A stretch of 64,000 bases of DNA, taken from Lytechinus pictus (taxonomy: Eukaryota). Location of the stretch: positions 2,172,001-2,236,000 of the forward strand of contig NC_087251.1 of NCBI RefSeq assembly GCF_037042905.1, given 5' to 3'. Position numbers and translations under genes: made by a program. The notes beneath the pieces were generated by a model that was not told where the DNA came from, did not search any database, and worked only from the letters and a program-made list of their open reading frames with translations. Below, one piece after another: positions 38,331 through 64,000 of this stretch; positions within the stretch are counted from its first letter, which is position 1, and every line of letters starts with the position of its first letter.

Positions 38331-41300
38331 ATTTTTCACGTAGAAATACCCAAACAAAAATGGAATTGCCAAGAATCTTATAATCAATGCCATTTATTAA
38401 CATTTATTATCATCATTCATCAGACAAAACGGTAAGGTGAGATTATTTTAAATAGGGGGGGGGTGGAAATAAGCATTACATATCCTAACAGACCAACTCT
38501 TAATGTAGGTTACCGCATACCTTCTGAGAGACACGTTGCTATATGCTACTAATTGGATAAAATAAACAAATGAAAGGAAAATTACAATCCGGATTATCCA
38601 GCAATAGAACTCTCCAAAACACATGTCTGTTAGGTGGACTACAGATCCAAATTAGATATGAATAAAAGAATGAATACACATTTTATTCTCACTTAATTAG
38701 GTGATAATCACCTGATGTACTATGAAGTACACATATTATCTTTCCTAGTAATCAAGACAATTAAACAGTGTTCTACGATTGCTCCTAATTTGATGGGAAA
38801 GGAATTGATTATATATATCTAAAATTCGGCTAGACATCCAGAATTTGAATAATGGGGGAGGGAGGTTGCATTATCAATCAATTAAAGATATACCCCAAAA
38901 ATCAATCATGAAAATTGATTACCCATTGGTAAGATATTTTTGTTAGCTCCATGATTACCCATTAAGATAAGATTAATTGATAACCCATTCAATTAAAAAA
39001 AAATTATTCAGATATAAAAAACTTCAGTCGCGGCATAAAGCCGAATTACAAAAGTTCTGACAATAATTATCATATATAGATTAAATTTAATCGGACATAA
39101 CATAAATTTAATAGGACTTAGTGTACAATTAACACATCATACGACAAAGCAACAATTATTACGTAGCAAAAGATAAACATGAATAATGCGACACAGCGTC
39201 AATGACAATAATCACATAATGTAATATCAATAAATTCTGCTAAAACATAAAGTACAAACGTTTAGAATCAATATGAGTCAAGTGTATTGAGAAATACAAA
39301 TGATGCAAAATAAAAATAAAAGAAAAATCGAAATTTTGGATACCAGATAGAGTACAATTCAGAAAAAAAAGGTGAAAGATTAGGGGGAAAGTATAAGAAG
39401 AATAACAAGAGTACATAAGAATTTTTCACGTAGAAATACCCAAACAAAAATGGAATTGCCAAGAATCTTATAATCAATGCCATTTATTAACATTTATTAT
39501 CATCATTCATCAGACAAAACGGTAAGGTGAGATTATTTTAAATAGGGGGGGGGGTGGAAATAAGCATTACATATCCTAACAGACCAACTCTTAATGTAGG
39601 TTACCGCATACCTTCTGAGAGACACGTTGCTATATGCTATACTAATTAGATAAAATAAACAAATGAAAGGAAAATTACAATCCGGATTATCCAGCAATAG
39701 AACTCTCCAAAACACATGTCTGTTAGGTGGACTACAGATCCAAATTAGATATGAATAAAAGAATGAATACACATTTTATTCTCACTTAATTAGGTGATAA
39801 TCGCCTGATGTACTATGAAGTACACATATTATCTTTCCTAGTAATCAAGACAATTAAACAGTGTTCTACGATTGCTCCTAATTTGATGGGAAAGGAATTG
39901 ATTATATATATCTAAAATTCGGCTAGACATCCAGAATTTGAATAATGGGGGAGGGAGGTTGCATTATCAATCAATTAAAGATATACCCCAAAAATCAATC
40001 ATGAAAATTGATTACCCATTGGTAAGATATTTTTGTTAGCTCCATGATTACCCATTAAGATAAGATTAATTGATAACCCATTCAATTAAAAAAAAATTAT
40101 TCAGATATAAAAAACTTCAGTCGCGGCATAAAGCCGAATTACAAAAGTTCTGACAATAATTATCATATATAGATTAAATTTAATCGGACATAACATAAAT
40201 TTAATAGGACTTAGTGTACAATTAACACATCATACGACAAAGCAACAATTATTACGTAGCAAAAGATAAACATGAATAATGCGACACAGCGTCAATGACA
40301 ATAATCACATAATGTAATATCAATAAATTCTGCTAAAACATAAAGTACAAACGTTTAGAATCAATATGAGTCAAGTGTATTGAGAAATACAAATGATGCA
40401 AAATAAAAATAAAAGAAAAATCGAAATTTTGGATACCAGATAGAGTACAATTCAGAAAAAAAAGGTGAAAGATTAGGGGGAAAGTATAAGAAGAATAACA
40501 AGAGTACATAAGAATTTTTCACGTAGAAATACCCAAACAAAAATGGAATTGCCAAGAATCTTATAATCAATGCCATTTATTAACATTTATTATCATCATT
40601 CATCAGACAAAACGGTAAGGTGAGATTATTTTAAATAGGGGGGGGTGGAAATAAGCATTACATATCCTAACAGACCAACTCTTAATGTAGGTTACCGCAT
40701 ACCTTCTGAGAGACACGTTGCTATATGCTACTAATTAGATAAAATAAACAAATGAAAGGAAAATTACAATCCGGATTATCCAGCAATAGAACTCTCCAAA
40801 ACACATGTCTGTTAGGTGGACTACAGATCCAAATTAGATATGAATAAAAGAATGAATACACATTTTATTCTCACTTAATTAGGTGATAATCGCCTGATGT
40901 ACTATGAAGTACACATATTATCTTTCCTAGTAATCAAGACAATTAAACAGTGTTCTACGATTGCTCCTAATTTGATGGGAAAGGAATTGATTATATATAT
41001 CTAAAATTCGGCTAGACATCCAGAATTTGAATAATGGGGGAGGGAGGTTGCATTATCAATCAATTAAAGATATACCCCAAAAATCAATCATGAAAATTGA
41101 TTACCCATTGGTAAGATATTTTTGTTAGCTCCATGATTACCCATTAAGATAAGATTAATTGATAACCCATTCATTTAAAAAAAAATTATTCAGATATAAA
41201 AAACTTCAGTCGCGGCATAAAGCCGAATTACAAAAGTTCTGACAATAATTATCATATATAGATTAAATTTAATCGGACATAACATAAATTTAATAGGACT

Positions 41301-41603
41301 TAGTGTACAATTAACACATCATACGACAAAGCAACAATTATTACGTAGCAAAAGATAAACATGAATAATGCGACACAGCGTCAATGACAATAATCACATA
41401 ATGTAATATCAATAAATTCTGCTAAAACATAAAGTACAAACGTTTAGAATCAATATGAGTCAAGTGTATTGAGAAATACAAATGATGCAAAATAAAAATA
41501 AAAGAAAAATCGAAATTTTGGATACCAGATAGAGTACAATTCAGAAAAAAAAGGTGAAAGATTAGGGGGAAAGTATAAGAAGAATAACGAGAGTACATAA
41601 GAA
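38331..41603. repeat. Tandem triplication of a 1.09-kb unit
   Basis: ATTTTTCACGTAGAAATACCC starts at 38331, 39421 and 40514; copies differ only by a few substitutions and small indels. Confidence 0.95.
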
Positions 41604-43053
41604 GAACAAGAGAGAGAGAGGGAAGCAGAAGCAAAATTAGAATCAGAAGAAAAGCATCGAGAAGAACATTAATAGCATAACATCGTACTTTTGATTACTA
41701 AAGTGTTTATTCTAAACAATAAAACATAGAATGGTTCGACTTTTCTTCTACATCATTAATAGATTTGCCAAATCAATTCATTTTAAATAATCAAATTTAT
41801 GAATTTGGCATTCACTGATCAACTGTGTAAATTATGACATTTTCTACCATCGTGCAAATTTTCGTTGCGATGGCGCCATCCGCCGCCGAGATCTAAACCA
41901 GGGCTACAATGGCCCACCCCCCCCTCCCCCCCCCCCCCCCGGAGTGACAAGAACTTTAAAAAATGAATAGATATGGGGTTAATATTCAATTGCTAGTTTT
42001 CCTCTTAAAAAGGGTAAGTTTTCTTGCCCTCACCAACAATGGTTTTTGCCACTTATTATCCCGATGCCGCCATTGTTTGTTACCAGTCTGTACTAGCTGA
42101 AGCGAGACCCCCATTAATCAGGAGAATATAGATGATTATATATAGAAGAATACATACTGTATTTCATACTAGGATAATTGATCGTGCAAATATCATTAAA
42201 TTACTACGACTTTATCATGTTCGTATAAAGCAATTGATATTGTATCTCAGAATACAGATGGACTTCTAACTTTAATTAACTCACTGTAAATTTGTCCTTT
42301 GCACATTGTGACATTTTTCTTTCATATACAGTGCGTATCAATCAAAAGTCTACACTTTGAAAAAGAATGTAAAAAGATACAACAAGGGGTAAAGTAACAC
42401 TTTTGACACAATGTTACATTAGAGTGAGCACTGTCTATTTTTGTAAAGCTCGCTGGAAATCCGTTTGCCCAGAAATGCTCATTTGCTCAATGCTCATCAG
42501 GGGAAAACGGCGAAAACAAACTGACCGTGCAGTACATTTCTAATATTTTTCTTTTGCATTTTCAGCCATTTTCAATAAACAGATTTTGTAATAAAATTTT
42601 GTAATAATTTTGTAATTAAATTTTGTAACAACTTTACCAATCAAATTAACATTTTAACCCTAAGTAGTACAACCTTTACCTTTTTGCCAGCTGCATGGAA
42701 GTGAGGTCACATAATTCAATGTAAATGTACAGACATCCCTGCATTTTATACTAAGTTTTTATCATTTAAAGTGGGTTTAAAATGTCATATTTTATTTAGT
42801 ACTTGTATTGGATTTTAAACGGCAACATTCTTGCCAAAATCGACGCAATTCCTGTTGATTACTCATTTTTTACAATATTAAGCTCTATAAGTTGTGACGG
42901 CCACGTTTTTGTTTCGTTTCATCTTTTACTGCGCCGGAAGAAACCGTTCAGTTATAGAGCAGCCATGTAATCATAAAAAAATGCTTCTTGACTATAAAAA
43001 ATAAATTATAAACCATTGAACATCGAGAATTTGATTATCCTTTTTTTCTCCAG

Positions 43054-62600
<19,547 letters not shown>

Positions 62601-63272
62601 GTATAAATACAGTGTTTCTTTTAATTAAGGTTTCGCTCTCTTTTCCTCAGTTTTTCAGCCACTGCTAAAGTCATTTAGAGCTTGAAGGGTCTAATAGGGA
62701 ACATTCATTTCATGAACGTTTTCAGTCCTGACAAGTTGTCATCTGATAGATATCATAGTAATAGTCAGACACTTGAACTTCTGCTATAATTCTCATATTA
62801 TCTGTAATCATTTCTCAATATTCGACCTTTCTCATCTTCATGAAGTGAATGCATTATTTTCAACCTTGAAATAATGACATCCCTGTTGGAAAGAACTAAT
62901 TGTCACACAGACTACGCGAACATATTATTCTCACTCTTAAAATGCTCAAATTCAACAGTGAAGATATATTTTCATACTGTGGACACCTCGACAGTGTGAC
63001 TATTCACAGCGTGATCACATGGTCGACTATGTGAATATGTTATTCATACCGTTGAAATGCTCAAATTTAACAGTGTGAATGTGATTTCACATTGTGTACC
63101 ACACTGTGAACACAATGTGGTACACTGTGTTTTTTCCAGGAGGGATATCTTGGCACAGGGGCGTCGATCCATTTTTCAGATTGGGGGGGGGGGGCAAAAT
63201 CATGAATCAACGTTCCAAAGGCGCTCGATCACACAAAACAAACAAACAAACCCACACACACACACACATAGG

Positions 63273-63311
<39 letters not shown>

Positions 63312-63466
63312 GAATCAAAGCAATAGCTTTGATCCAGCTGAAGCATGGCGGCTTGTCATTGTTCGAAACCCACCTTCACCCGACAAAGGAAATTATAATT
63401 GGTATAGTGTCGAAAATCTGTCTATCTGACGGTCAATCGGAACGGGGTCGCCCTAGCCACTAACCC

Positions 63467-63538
63467 GTCTCTGTGGTCTAGTGGTTAAGGCACCGGCGTT
63501 CAAAGCTGGGGGCCCGGGTTCGATTCCCGGCAGAGACA
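63467..63538 (+). tRNA. tRNA-like gene, complete cloverleaf, anticodon TCA (opal-suppressor-like), body resembling tRNA-Glu
   Basis: GTCTCTG TG GTCT AGTGGTTA AGGC A CCGGC GTTCAAA GCTGG GGGC CCGGG TTCGATT CCCGG CAGAGAC A; all four stems pair; A and B boxes intact; function unknown. Confidence 0.7.
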
Positions 63539-63544
63539 TTTTTT
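63539..63544 (+). terminator. Pol III terminator (T6)
   Basis: TTTTTT immediately after the tRNA-like discriminator base. Confidence 0.6.
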
Positions 63545-63633
63545 CGGCATCACCAATTTTTCCAAAGGGTAGATAGCTCTGGGGAACCTTGATTTAAGCT
63601 ACGCCTACCATTGTTCTCTTCATCCATTTCTTT

Positions 63634-63751
<118 letters not shown>

Positions 63752-64000
63752 CTTATTTATTTATGTTGATATATATATATGACTCATGAGAAAGAGACAC
63801 ATATCTCACCAACAAAGGTACCTGTTTAGGACTGTTTGTAGTAACTCATGAGGAGGATACATATATCACTACACAGATAATGCGAGTGCCGAGAGCGAGC
63901 TGAAATTTCTTTATATTTTATATTCTGACCTGAAAGCTTGATATTCTAAGCATTTTTGGTACCAATGATTAAGATGGGTATCTTAAACAATAGATGCGAG

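Noticed and set aside
39268..41634. Repeated 70-79 aa hydrophobic minus-strand ORFs
   Set aside because: They recur only because of the tandem triplication; composition reflects A-rich DNA, with no splice or domain support.
63467..63538. Selenocysteine tRNA
   Set aside because: The anticodon is TCA, but the molecule is 72 nt with a 4-nt variable loop and a 7/5 fold; tRNA-Sec has a long variable arm and an extended acceptor/T arrangement.

Overview
AT-rich animal genomic DNA with spliceosomal introns, microsatellites and many nested transposons. The repeat types and the SRCR-rich gene suggest a sea urchin or related deuterostome; this is an inference only. (1) A complete PIF/Harbinger DNA transposon (14144-18708; 17-bp TIR AGCCCCTTTCACAATTG, TAA TSD) with two convergent genes: an intact 433-aa DDE transposase and a two-exon MADF/BESS-like DNA-binding protein with an in-register CAG>TAG stop. 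(2) A 5.2-kb cluster of non-autonomous elements with the same TIR (20524-25698), arranged as a large foldback. (3) A + strand multi-exon gene (at least 43054-62600, continuing past the window) encoding SRCR x4, EGF-like, Ser/Thr-rich, CUB-like, F5/8C x3 and C-type lectin domains; all 18 exons join in frame. (4) A fully base-paired 72-nt tRNA-like gene with a UCA (opal) anticodon and Pol III terminator, in a cassette embedded in (TA)n. (5) tRNA-headed SINEs with different LINE-like tails, L2/CR1-group LINE fragments, several MITE families and a near-identical 1.09-kb tandem triplication. All calls were made by eye; no searches were run.
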